Numbered from the stretch's first letter, positions 18,811 to 28,153 are shown. The stretch is 64,000 nucleotides of DNA from an uncultured Poribacteria bacterium (GCA_958296135.2 CATQHZ020000001.1:2144001-2208000), one strand, 5' to 3'. Numbers and translations are program-made. The notes: generated from the letters alone by a model not told the origin.

Positions 18811-21800
18811 CTACCGATTTTCTTCGATTAACTCGCGCTCAGCCTCCGTTAACCCATACAACGCGTAAACCAACGCGTCGATCTCCTCCTCAAGGGCCGG
18901 GACTTCGTGGCTGTCGGGTTCGTCAAGGATTAACTGAACGTACTCTGCAAGGGCCGCTTTCTGCTCCTCTGTCCGCTCCGCTATGCGAACGTTCTGCATG
19001 TTCGCCTTCGTGAAATACAGAATGGATTTCCCGGGTGCCTTGCATTCGGTTCGCGCGTACCAACCGAAAAGTTTGCTGTTTAAAATCGCCAGCAGGGACA
19101 GATCTTCTGTCGGTATGAAGTGGATGGAACCTAAAGCAAATGCCCCTGTGGTGTCATAGCATGCCCGCAGAGAGCCGCCACTAAGCGGGTAGACAATCTT
19201 GGACGGTTGAAACGCCGGAGATTTGTCACGCCCCCCAAATTCCCAAAAGAATTCTCCGTTATGAGCAGCGTCCGGGTCCCTTAAAATGTCCCTATAGTTG
19301 CTGAGGTGTGCATGGATTGCCGGAAAGGTCTTGGCAAAAATCCGCTCTGCCTCGGCTTCATCTCTCGCCTTGGTCCAAAACCACTGTTTGTGCCGGCTGT
19401 TTGGAATGTAGATTAGTGATGCCGCTTCCGCTCTCCATTTGGTTCGACGAGGTATACGAATTAGCGACTTTAGGAGCTGAGCACTTTCAGGATCGGCATC
19501 AATCAACTCCCCACGTTTTGATGCGTCTATAACGTAAGCCCGATCGCATCCGGTTACAACCCCGCCGAAAATGTTACAATGCCGACTCAACGGTGCTCCG
19601 ACATTTTTCAACTTGGCCAACAAGGCCTCACGCGAAGTCGGCTCAACCCGATGAGGTGATGGCGGAACAGGAATAGGCTTCGGTTCCGGACCGTCAGAAC
19701 CTTCCCGAAAAAAGAGACGCGCCAAATCGTGTTCATAGGCTGTGTGGATAGAGGTGTTTTCCTCCGTCCACGAACAGATAGTCAACTCCGCGGACTGCAA
19801 GCCTTCGGATGCCGAATCGCTGAAGTAAGCAATAGCGAACGGTTGGAAATCCTCACCCGCGCAGATAAAGCGGCAATCGGCCAACTCGTAACCCTGCTGT
19901 TGCAGTCCATCACTGACCTGGCGCAGGACTCCCGGATAACCCGCTTTACTATTAAACCGGACGAGGAAAGGTTTTTGGTTTGCTGAGGTACCCCCAGGAC
20001 GAACCCTGATTTCATAGCAATCTTTAACCTGTTCTGCGACAGAATCGCCCAGGCCAAGGAAAACTAAAGGCAATGGAAGTGCAATCCGTTCAAAAACTGC
20101 ATCTTCCCGGATAGGCAACCCCAGTTTTTCGTCTAAAAATTGCATCAACGATGCCGCATCGCCGATGCCCTGAATATCGTCACGGGTAATGATACGCATA
20201 GGCATATCCTCCTTTTCTGGCGGCAATTCGCCGGGTTCGGGTAACGGTATGCCAGCATCGCAATACGTTTTCTTGATTAACGCAATCTCGGTATCCGTTA
20301 ACCCATAGACTTCGTAGACTAACTCATCGATAGCATGCTCAAGTGCAGGCACCGCATCTCCTGCAGGATCGGCGAGGATCCGCGCAACCCAGCGCGTGAG
20401 TTGTGCCCGCTGCTCCGAGGTCATCTCCGCGATTGGGAAACGTTTCATGTAGAGCGCGATAAAGCGTAAACTGCCACCCGCCCACGCATCGTTGAAGCTC
20501 TGAAACTTGTAGCGAGCATACCAATCAAACAGTGTGCTATTCAAAATCGCAAGCAAGGATAAGTCTGTCGTCGGTATGAAGTAGGCAGTGGCAACACTAA
20601 TCGTTTGCGCCGTGTCATAACTGGCGTATAGAGATTGCGCCGTTTCGGGCCAGACGATTTTCGGCTTTTCAAACTCAGCTCGATAACTGCACGAACGCAA
20701 TTCCCAATAAAATTTACCGCGAGCAGTCCGGCGAATCAGTTCCTCGCGATAGCGTTTCAGATGCTGGTAAACCGCCGGATAGCACTCCGCAAAGATTCGC
20801 TCCGCCTCTGTGTCATTTTCGGCATTCGACCAGGGCCAATCCGCGTTTGTGCTGCTTGCAATCGCTATCAGATACTCGTTTGACTCTTTCGCGTCCCACT
20901 TCCGGGTATAACGTCCCCGCAGCAGTGGCTTTATGAATGCACTGCTCTGGGGGGAATCAGCGATGAGTTGTTTGCGCGTGGAAGAATCTATCACGAACGC
21001 AGGGTCGTATCCGGTGACAAGCCCGCGGTAAATATCGCCGTTGACATACTCTTCCAACAGTGTCCCGGTATCTTGAAGTTTTTCAAGCAGCGCGAATGTC
21101 TCAGGGGCAGCCAAAATCCACGCGTCAGGAGAGAGTTGGGAAATCTGCATCGGGAACACCTGTTCTTGAAACGCCTCCCTGATGTCAAATTTCTTGGCGT
21201 TTTCTCTTAAAGTTGCCGCGGAGAAGAGCTGATCTGGGCTGGGACAACGATTTTCAGCGAGGACGATGCACGTGTCAACTGCCGCCTCAAAAACGGAGAT
21301 GCTCCCAAAATCCAAAAGGTTCTTCAGTGACATTTCTGTGGCAAGAAACTGGCGTAGGTTTTCGCCATAGGCCGCCCGGAAAAACTTATTGGTGCAGATA
21401 TAGGTCAAGATGCCATCGGGCTTCAGTAGCTCGGCTGCGCGTTTGTAGAAATAGACGCTAATATCCGCAGGCCTAAAGAAGAAGTCGCCAAAATAGGATT
21501 GCAATGCCGGTGCGAGATTGACTACCATCTCATGCCGGTAATCAACATACGGCGGATTGCCGATGACGATGTCAAACCCATCCTTCACACCGAACATCTC
21601 CTCCGCATCGAAGAAATCCGCGCTGGCGTTCCTGTCGTAGGGATTCCACTGCGCGATTTTCGTTGCTTCGTCAACGACACCGGTTCGCGCCTCCAGAGCC
21701 CATTCCGTAGACAATTCGGTCAGCGCGTTGACTAATTCGCCCCGGCATGCCTCTTCTTCGTTCATCAGCGAGAGTTTCATCTGCCGGGTGTTCGCGCTGA

Positions 21801-23856
21801 AGTAGTTCTCGCGAATCTTTGAAATTTGCTGGCGTTTCTGCTCAATCACGTCTGTCTCAAGGAGCATTTGGAAATCGGGTTTCTTGAGCCCGATGAGCGT
21901 ATCGGCGGCGACGAATCGGATCTCCAAGTTCGGCAGCGGTTGGATACCGTAGTTGTCGTCAGCGTTATCGTTCGGCACCTGCTCAATGATAAGCGAGATG
22001 AAAAAGCGCAGTTTAGCAATCGTCACGGCGATGGGTTGGATGTCTACCCCGTAGATGCTCTTTTGAATGAGGTAGAGTTTCCGTCCGTAGTTGTTATGCC
22101 GATTTTCTTCGGCGAAAGCCTTCTCAATCGCCGCAATCGCCAAGTTCCGGACGATAGCATCCGGAATCAGATATGCCTGCTGAATTTGGTACTGTTTCCA
22201 CCGTTTGTTCCGCCGGTCAAGTTTTTTGAGGATAAGCACCAATTTGTTCAGAATGCCCATCGGGAAGGCACCTGAGCCGACGGCCGGGTCGAGCAGCTTG
22301 AGCTCGTCTATCGCTTGGATGAGTTGCGTTACCTCACTTTCGCGGATGAGGTGTTCGGTCTGCGAATCCGCTTCCCCCTCTGCTTCATAAGCGAGCAAAT
22401 CGTCGCGGAGGCGTTCTTCCAGAAAGTCCCTATTTCCATCAAACGGTTCGACCTTCTGCAGGAAATAGGCGATGAGTGCCTCGTCTACCATGTAGTCAAC
22501 AATCTGGCGCGGTGTGTAGTAAGAGCCGGTGGATTTCCGCGCGCTGGATTGCGTTTCAGGGTTGTAGTCGCCGAGCAGGTTCTCAAACACGCGCCCGAGG
22601 AGTTCGGGTTCAAGCGCGACTTCCTGTTCAATCGGCGTGTTTTCCTCCACGGTAAACTTATAGCGCGAAAAGAGCGGGAAGATACCTTTTCCATCCTGAA
22701 AAAAGAGTTTGTCCGGCACGTGCAGTTTCTGCCGCTCGTTTTCGTTATCGGTGAAGCAATCGATGCGTCCGCCGCCGTCGCGCGTCGCCTCAAACGTATC
22801 AAGGCAGTCAAACAGCCCGCCGTTGACAAATGGCACCTGCTTGAGTTTTTCGAGAAATGCATCGGGTTCGTGCAACAGATCGGCGTAGCGATATTTGCTT
22901 GCGTCTCGATGGTTTCGGTTATCCGCAGTGCTGAAGGCGCGTTCGGTTATCGGCGTATTCAGCGTCGCGAAGAAAAGGTTTTGCAGGATGGCCTTGTAGT
23001 ATGTGTCATCAGGGGACGCTTCAACAAAGAGCTCGACAGGGATCAGGCCTTTCTCCTTCAGAAACCAGATGAAGAGCAGTCGGGTAATCAAGCGGATGAC
23101 CTGGGGTTCAGTCTCGCCATCTGGGAAACGGCATTCCGATTTTGCCCACTCATACCACTCAAACAGTTCTCGATAAAACTTGCGGTTGAGGGTTTCGGTG
23201 TTGAGCACACCTTCCCACGCGTTGTGTAGCGTATCAAAATTGCGAACGTCCTCGGTCTCAATGAGAGCCTCCAGATGCAATTCGGCAAGAATATCCAGAT
23301 GCGCGCGGTGCGGGTTGCGCAACTTGATGTCCTTGATGAGCGTCACTTTTTCCAGCACCTGTTTCGTCGCGTCGCGTTTGTGCCATCGGCGGTTGATAAT
23401 CGCCAGCGTCAGGACATCGCCGTATCGGAACATCACCAGAATCGGCACTACGAAGCGGCCGTTGACAAAGCGGGTGATATTGGCAAGCTGTGTGCGCGTA
23501 TAGTTCTCCCCACTGAGTTGCATAGCGACGAAGATATAGGAGAGCCTCAGATTTTCGTCAAACTTCGCGGTTTCAAACAGCATTTCCTGCTGATTGATCT
23601 CGCTGTCGGTAATCTGGAAGATGAGGTGGAATTTCTCCCAATCGTCAACACAGAGTTTATCGGCGGCATCGGCAGGTGCTTGCGTGCGGCGCGCCGCCGC
23701 GGCCTCCCGGAGGGTGCCGAACAGCTGCTCATCTAAACCCTTGTTCCCGGTTCTATCGCTGTGGTAACCGAGGGCGTTGAGGAAGCGCGTGGCAGCCTCG
23801 CGCAGCGGCGTTTCCGCGAAGGAGCTTATACAGTTTTGGATATCGGTTCTGTTCAT
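18811..23856 (-). CDS. Eco57I/TaqI-like (Type IIG-style, gamma-class) N6-adenine DNA methyltransferase with TRD1 plus a fused C-terminal cassette module (TRD2)
   Basis: PELLGRVFENLL, TGSYYTPR, motif I LLDPAVGSGAF, IYGVDI, motif IV GFDIVIGNPPYV, TaqI_C-like FYWELRSCSY..FEKPKIVW; a second module starts at Met1220 (MRIITRDDIQGIGDAASLMQF). Confidence 0.92.
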   Translation of the reverse strand: MNRTDIQNCISSFAETPLREAATRFLNALGYHSDRTGNKGLDEQLFGTLREAAAARRTQAPADAADKLCVDDWEKFHLIFQITDSEINQQEMLFETAKFDENLRLSYIFVAMQLSGENYTRTQLANITRFVNGRFVVPILVMFRYGDVLTLAIINRRWHKRDATKQVLEKVTLIKDIKLRNPHRAHLDILAELHLEALIETEDVRNFDTLHNAWEGVLNTETLNRKFYRELFEWYEWAKSECRFPDGETEPQVIRLITRLLFIWFLKEKGLIPVELFVEASPDDTYYKAILQNLFFATLNTPITERAFSTADNRNHRDASKYRYADLLHEPDAFLEKLKQVPFVNGGLFDCLDTFEATRDGGGRIDCFTDNENERQKLHVPDKLFFQDGKGIFPLFSRYKFTVEENTPIEQEVALEPELLGRVFENLLGDYNPETQSSARKSTGSYYTPRQIVDYMVDEALIAYFLQKVEPFDGNRDFLEERLRDDLLAYEAEGEADSQTEHLIRESEVTQLIQAIDELKLLDPAVGSGAFPMGILNKLVLILKKLDRRNKRWKQYQIQQAYLIPDAIVRNLAIAAIEKAFAEENRHNNYGRKLYLIQKSIYGVDIQPIAVTIAKLRFFISLIIEQVPNDNADDNYGIQPLPNLEIRFVAADTLIGLKKPDFQMLLETDVIEQKRQQISKIRENYFSANTRQMKLSLMNEEEACRGELVNALTELSTEWALEARTGVVDEATKIAQWNPYDRNASADFFDAEEMFGVKDGFDIVIGNPPYVDYRHEMVVNLAPALQSYFGDFFFRPADISVYFYKRAAELLKPDGILTYICTNKFFRAAYGENLRQFLATEMSLKNLLDFGSISVFEAAVDTCIVLAENRCPSPDQLFSAATLRENAKKFDIREAFQEQVFPMQISQLSPDAWILAAPETFALLEKLQDTGTLLEEYVNGDIYRGLVTGYDPAFVIDSSTRKQLIADSPQSSAFIKPLLRGRYTRKWDAKESNEYLIAIASSTNADWPWSNAENDTEAERIFAECYPAVYQHLKRYREELIRRTARGKFYWELRSCSYRAEFEKPKIVWPETAQSLYASYDTAQTISVATAYFIPTTDLSLLAILNSTLFDWYARYKFQSFNDAWAGGSLRFIALYMKRFPIAEMTSEQRAQLTRWVARILADPAGDAVPALEHAIDELVYEVYGLTDTEIALIKKTYCDAGIPLPEPGELPPEKEDMPMRIITRDDIQGIGDAASLMQFLDEKLGLPIREDAVFERIALPLPLVFLGLGDSVAEQVKDCYEIRVRPGGTSANQKPFLVRFNSKAGYPGVLRQVSDGLQQQGYELADCRFICAGEDFQPFAIAYFSDSASEGLQSAELTICSWTEENTSIHTAYEHDLARLFFREGSDGPEPKPIPVPPSPHRVEPTSREALLAKLKNVGAPLSRHCNIFGGVVTGCDRAYVIDASKRGELIDADPESAQLLKSLIRIPRRTKWRAEAASLIYIPNSRHKQWFWTKARDEAEAERIFAKTFPAIHAHLSNYRDILRDPDAAHNGEFFWEFGGRDKSPAFQPSKIVYPLSGGSLRACYDTTGAFALGSIHFIPTEDLSLLAILNSKLFGWYARTECKAPGKSILYFTKANMQNVRIAERTEEQKAALAEYVQLILDEPDSHEVPALEEEIDALVYALYGLTEAERELIEENR

Positions 23857-24152
23857 AAATCGTCAGAGCTCTCTTTGCGTTTGCGCCGCGAGAGGGACAG
23901 CCCTCCGAAGCCGCTAACTACGGCCATATAAAACCCGACGTCATACCACCAGCCTGTATTAAGCGGTTCATAGACGCGGATATCCGAGTTGAAGATGCCC
24001 CAAATCAGCGATACCGGGGCGAGCCAGCCGTGCCAGATGCCCCAGAAAAAGCCGGCAGGCTTTTCTACGGTGTGCTTCCCATCGCCGGGGAGGCACCCGC
24101 TCTGCAGCATCAGTACCGTTAACAGCAGGATACAAAGCAACCGTCTTGCCAT
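23853..24152 (-). CDS. Small conserved membrane (lipo)protein
   Basis: Lipobox-like QSGC, PAGFFWGIWHGW...NTGWWYDVGF; stop overlaps the MTase ATG (ATGA). Confidence 0.75.
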   Translation of the reverse strand: MARRLLCILLLTVLMLQSGCLPGDGKHTVEKPAGFFWGIWHGWLAPVSLIWGIFNSDIRVYEPLNTGWWYDVGFYMAVVSGFGGLSLSRRKRKESSDDL

Positions 24153-24155
24153 GAC

Positions 24156-24545
24156 TTATGCCTCTTGCGATTCTTCCTGTTCAAGCCGCTTGAACCATGA
24201 GCTGATCTGGCGAGGCGTCGCATTGGGGACCGCCGCTTGCATCTTTTTGAGAATCTCCCGCTTGGACATCCCCGGTGTCTTCGCTAGGAAGACGGTTCGA
24301 GCTTTCGCATACAAGACCGGATCGACTTTTCTGCGGCCGACACGGGTGCGGAAGTTCCGCGGTCCTTCGTAGTTCAGCGCGTCAAGGGCAGCGTTCCACT
24401 CGTCGGTTTTGATCCAACGGTATAAGGTGCGTGAGGAAACGCCGATGGCGAGGGCGATCGCATCGGCGTTCCTATTACCGCCAGCGAAGATGTCCACCGC
24501 GGTCTTCATTTTTTTCTTTCTTACATCGCTTGGTAGTGCAGGCAT
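24156..24545 (-). CDS. Helix-turn-helix DNA-binding protein
   Basis: ADAIALAIGVSSRTLYRW HTH, possible second HTH near ATPRQISSWF. Confidence 0.7.
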   Translation of the reverse strand: MPALPSDVRKKKMKTAVDIFAGGNRNADAIALAIGVSSRTLYRWIKTDEWNAALDALNYEGPRNFRTRVGRRKVDPVLYAKARTVFLAKTPGMSKREILKKMQAAVPNATPRQISSWFKRLEQEESQEA

Positions 24546-24555
24546 TTCTCTCTTT

Positions 24556-24635
24556 CCTATCTTTTTTGAAATAGGCCTATCTTTTTTGAAATAGGCCTAT
24601 CTTTTTTGAAATAGGCCTATCTTTTTTGAAATAGG
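24556..24635. repeat. Four perfect tandem 20-bp quasi-palindromes (possible operator array or VNTR)
   Basis: cctatcttttttgaaatagg x4, ending 10 bp upstream of the HTH start codon. Confidence 0.9.
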
Positions 24636-24774
24636 CCTGACGCAACTCCGACACCGTAGGTGCGGTTTGCAACCGCGCCTACCGGTGGAGAATGACGGTA
24701 TTTGCGTCATACCAAATTAGGCTGCTTCGCAGGAACCCGAACGACTCAGGTTAATTGGATCTAAGTCCTATTTT

Positions 24775-25869
24775 TTAGTCTATTATCGTCACAACACGTT
24801 TATTTGTCAAGAAAAAATCGGTTTGCGGATGCTCAGCATCAACAATGGCGCGTGCCAATGCCCAATCTAACCGTCGGCGATATTGGCCATCGCGGCGTAA
24901 CCCCTTGAACGCTGTCAGAAAAACGTCGTGCGTTCTCTCGCGGATGGTGGTGAGACGTGCATTGAGATTCTCTACATCTACCTGCCACGGGACGCGGAGT
25001 TTCGTGATGGAACGTCCCTGATAACGGACAGGATACCCCGCTAACTCCGCCGGCGGACAAAAACAGATGGAGGCGCAAACCGTATTGTCTACGGCGACGA
25101 GCCCCACATTTCCCGTCGGTTCATTGAACACAATCTCGCGATTGCGCGAAGGCATCGGCAGGTGCGTGCGGAGCTCCGAGAGGGTTCCGAGGAACTGATT
25201 GTTGCGCCATATTCTCACTGAAGGGACGCGCGTGGAAAGCGTATTTACTGTCGGTGCAGGCCCGAACAGCGCGAGCCCAACTGGATGTTCGGTATCCGCA
25301 AACATAAACGTTTCCGGCGGCCGCGCTTTTTCCACATCCCCCGGGAGGCGCGCTTTGGCAGCGCGCGCCTGTATGTCCACCGGTTGCATTTGTGGAACTA
25401 ATGAGACAAAATCGTGCAACCGGTGCAGGAACAGCCTACTCCGAATGAACGCCTCTGGGATAATCGCCGCTACCCACTTACAATTTGCCAAGCACTTCTC
25501 CAACGCGTATTTGTAAAGATCATCGTGTTGGATATCGCGTGGAAACGGCAGTCCCCGGCGCGTCGCGGAGTTGCGCGCCAGCCACGGCGGGTTTGTAATG
25601 CACACCTCAAACCCTCTCGGAAAATCAGCGAGTGTATCGCGTCGCCGGACCTCGGCGGCGGCGGGCTCAATGTCAAAAAGGGCCCACTCTCGGCACTGCA
25701 ACCGCGCTTCACTTAGCAGCCGTGGAATGCTGTTATCACCGGCGAAAGGTTCCAACGCGTGCTGCTGGTTTAAGTTGAGTGCCGCTGCCCACGCGCGGAA
25801 GGGTTTCAACTGAAACGGATTTCCGCGGGTGTAGTAGCGGCCCGTTGCACGTTTTTCCTCTATATGCAT
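24775..25869 (-). CDS. Putative solitary amino-DNA methyltransferase
   Basis: GRYYT, LEPFAGDNS (motif I-like), FDIEP, ITNPPW (motif IV), DDLYKYAL; gamma motif order. Confidence 0.7.
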   Translation of the reverse strand: MHIEEKRATGRYYTRGNPFQLKPFRAWAAALNLNQQHALEPFAGDNSIPRLLSEARLQCREWALFDIEPAAAEVRRRDTLADFPRGFEVCITNPPWLARNSATRRGLPFPRDIQHDDLYKYALEKCLANCKWVAAIIPEAFIRSRLFLHRLHDFVSLVPQMQPVDIQARAAKARLPGDVEKARPPETFMFADTEHPVGLALFGPAPTVNTLSTRVPSVRIWRNNQFLGTLSELRTHLPMPSRNREIVFNEPTGNVGLVAVDNTVCASICFCPPAELAGYPVRYQGRSITKLRVPWQVDVENLNARLTTIRERTHDVFLTAFKGLRRDGQYRRRLDWALARAIVDAEHPQTDFFLTNKRVVTIID

Positions 25870-25872
25870 CGT

Positions 25873-26628
25873 TTATTCAGGTATCTCCGGCCAGTTATAT
25901 TCCGGTGCGTACCCTAAATCCGCTTCCGCCTGCTTCCAATCGAAACGTGCATCGGTGCGGCCGGCGACAGCGTGATATGCGCCATACGTCACCGTTTCTG
26001 TCTCAATGGCGCGTCCTACGCACTGCGCCACATCCCTCGGATCGACGTAAACGAACCACGGGCCCGTGACGACATCTGGTGCCGACGGCCCCGGATTATG
26101 CCCATCGCCCGCGATGACACCGGGCCGGATGTGAATCACGCTGAGCCCATGCGCCTGATGATACGCGAGACAGAGCTGCTCGCCGAGCTGCTTCGCCAGC
26201 GCGTAACGGATGTCACCTTTGCTGAAGTGGACAGCATCGCCCTCTCGATATGGTAACTCGCCGCCGGGTGCCGGTGGGCACGCAGAGATGCTTGAGATGT
26301 TCACCAGTTTTTGCACGCCTTGATGCACGCACGCTTCCGCCACATGCCACGTGCCTTTCACCATCACATCTGCATAGAGTGAGGCGGGTTTACCGTGCCG
26401 CTCCCGAACCAACGCGACAAGATGAACAACAGCATCTTGTCCCGCACACGCTGCCTCAACTTCGTCTATCTTCGTAACATCCGTTCTGATAAAGCGAATG
26501 TCCGCAAAATCGCGACTCGGTTCAACAATATCCGCCAGCGTGAGTTGGTATGAGGATTGCAACCGTTCAATAACAAATCGCGCGAGATATCCAGCCGCAC
26601 CGGTGATGAGAATTTTTTCAATAGTCAT
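25873..26628 (-). CDS. NAD-dependent epimerase/dehydratase family protein
   Basis: ILITGAAGYLA, YALAK. Confidence 0.9.
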   Translation of the reverse strand: MTIEKILITGAAGYLARFVIERLQSSYQLTLADIVEPSRDFADIRFIRTDVTKIDEVEAACAGQDAVVHLVALVRERHGKPASLYADVMVKGTWHVAEACVHQGVQKLVNISSISACPPAPGGELPYREGDAVHFSKGDIRYALAKQLGEQLCLAYHQAHGLSVIHIRPGVIAGDGHNPGPSAPDVVTGPWFVYVDPRDVAQCVGRAIETETVTYGAYHAVAGRTDARFDWKQAEADLGYAPEYNWPEIPE

Positions 26629-26700
26629 CGGTTTTTTCCAATTGTAGGGGCAGATGTCGTTTCAAGCCCGCCGGAAACAGGCGGATAGAGAAATCCGCCC

Positions 26701-27042
26701 TTACGTTCCAAGCGGGACCTCTGCGTATAGCGCGTCGTTGTAACCGACGTAAAAAACATCGGCGATTTGCACCGTCGGAGCGCGAAGGTTGCCGCTCCGG
26801 CCCATCACGGCCTTCAGAATTGCGTCCTGCGCGTCCTCGGTGGGGACGAAGGTTTCGACGCGCCTCCCCTTCGCTACCACGACGCGTGCCGCGGTGCCGA
26901 TGCGTTCCCAAACCGCTGTCGCATCTAGTTTCTCTTTTCGTGCATCCGCCCGGTTCGCTACCGCTACGTTCTGTGTGTCAAGAACCTCTTGCACTTTTTT
27001 GCACGAGGTTCATCCGTTACGTAAATATGCCCAATTTACCAT
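26701..27042 (-). CDS. ArsC-like selenoprotein (UxxC), in-frame TGA at 27010-27012
   Basis: GGAGG RBS, ATG 27042: MVNWAYLRNG-U-TSCKKVQEVL...GRSGNLRAPTVQI...VGYN; SECIS-like hairpin GTGCAAGA-GGT-TCTTGACAC just downstream of the TGA. Confidence 0.8.
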
Positions 27043-27136
27043 GACAATGCCTCCACATTAATAATGAAGAAAAGAGACATAAGCATTGACAACGTCAATG
27101 CAACTTAAGGAATAACCGCTACTCAACCAGAAAGGT

Positions 27137-28153
27137 TCAACGCTCGCCTTGCGAACAACAAACAAATCCCCCGGTGCCCCTGCTTTTGACAGCGGCATCG
27201 ATGAGTGCTAGCGTTTCAAGCGCGTCGGCGAAATCCGAACGAATCAGCGTTCTGTCGCCTGTCGCAATGGCATGCAGCCACGCGCCGGTTTTATCCAACC
27301 CCAAACTATTCTCCGATGCCGCAGGTTCGTTAATTTCCTCGCCGTTTAGATACCCGCGAACCCGATTGTCGGAAAGATTCGCGTGTAAACGGAGATGCGG
27401 CCCGACGACTTCTACTTCAAAACTAAACCGTTCAGTCCCGCAGTGATTCATGTGCGTGCCGAAAACGCCGTTGTCTAATTGATATGTCATCTGGATAGCA
27501 TTTTCAGCGTCAAACTCCGCGCGTTCTAGTGCCATATTTTTGACAGCAAGCGCGTGAGCCTGCACCGGTTTCGGGTTCCCCATAATGAAACGGGCACAAT
27601 CAAGCACATGCACGCCCTGCTCTGGCAAAGGCCCACCGCTTATCGCAGACTGTAAAAACCACGGTGACATGCGGAAACTGAGGTAGTAATCGCAGGTGCA
27701 GACCGTGCGCACTAAATGCACCGTCTCCGAAGCAATCAGCGCCTTCAACCGTTCATAGAGGGGATGATAACGGAGTTGGAAACCGACAGCGGCAATCACA
27801 TCCGCTTCCGCAATGCACGCGAGACATTTCCGTCCCTCTTCCATGTTTAGCGCGGGCGGTTTTTCCACCATCAGCGCGATGCCGCGTTCGCACGCGCGCC
27901 GGATAGGCTCCAACCGAACGGGAGGCGGCGTGGTAATCACCACGCCATCCATCTCCGCTTGAAAAAAGGTATCCAAGGTATCCATCGCGATTTCTGCGCC
28001 AGCAAGCGTTGCTAATTGTTGCGCCGTTTCAGGCACAACATCGTGAACGGCAACAACGCGCGCGCCGTAGTCTGTAATCGCTTTGTAGTGGTGCCTGCCC
28101 ATTCCGCCTGCACCGATAATGCCGATGGACAACTGCTTTTCAGATATGCTCAC
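27137..28153 (-). CDS. Gfo/Idh/MocA family oxidoreductase
   Basis: IGIIGAGGMG, VEKP, GFQLRY, GGPLPEQGVHVLD. Confidence 0.92.
   Translation of the reverse strand: MSISEKQLSIGIIGAGGMGRHHYKAITDYGARVVAVHDVVPETAQQLATLAGAEIAMDTLDTFFQAEMDGVVITTPPPVRLEPIRRACERGIALMVEKPPALNMEEGRKCLACIAEADVIAAVGFQLRYHPLYERLKALIASETVHLVRTVCTCDYYLSFRMSPWFLQSAISGGPLPEQGVHVLDCARFIMGNPKPVQAHALAVKNMALERAEFDAENAIQMTYQLDNGVFGTHMNHCGTERFSFEVEVVGPHLRLHANLSDNRVRGYLNGEEINEPAASENSLGLDKTGAWLHAIATGDRTLIRSDFADALETLALIDAAVKSRGTGGFVCCSQGER

Noticed and set aside
22315-23229. Long plus-strand ORFs (also 45298-46299, 29792-30601, 43941-44729, 322-723)
   Set aside because: Antisense shadows of well-supported genes with no motifs or RBS
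12123-23856. Invertase-driven shufflon
   Set aside because: All modules are in direct orientation, are complete ORFs, and no tyrosine or serine recombinase gene is nearby
24156-24545. Prophage terminase small subunit
   Set aside because: HTH-like only; no phage structural, terminase large subunit or integrase genes in the window
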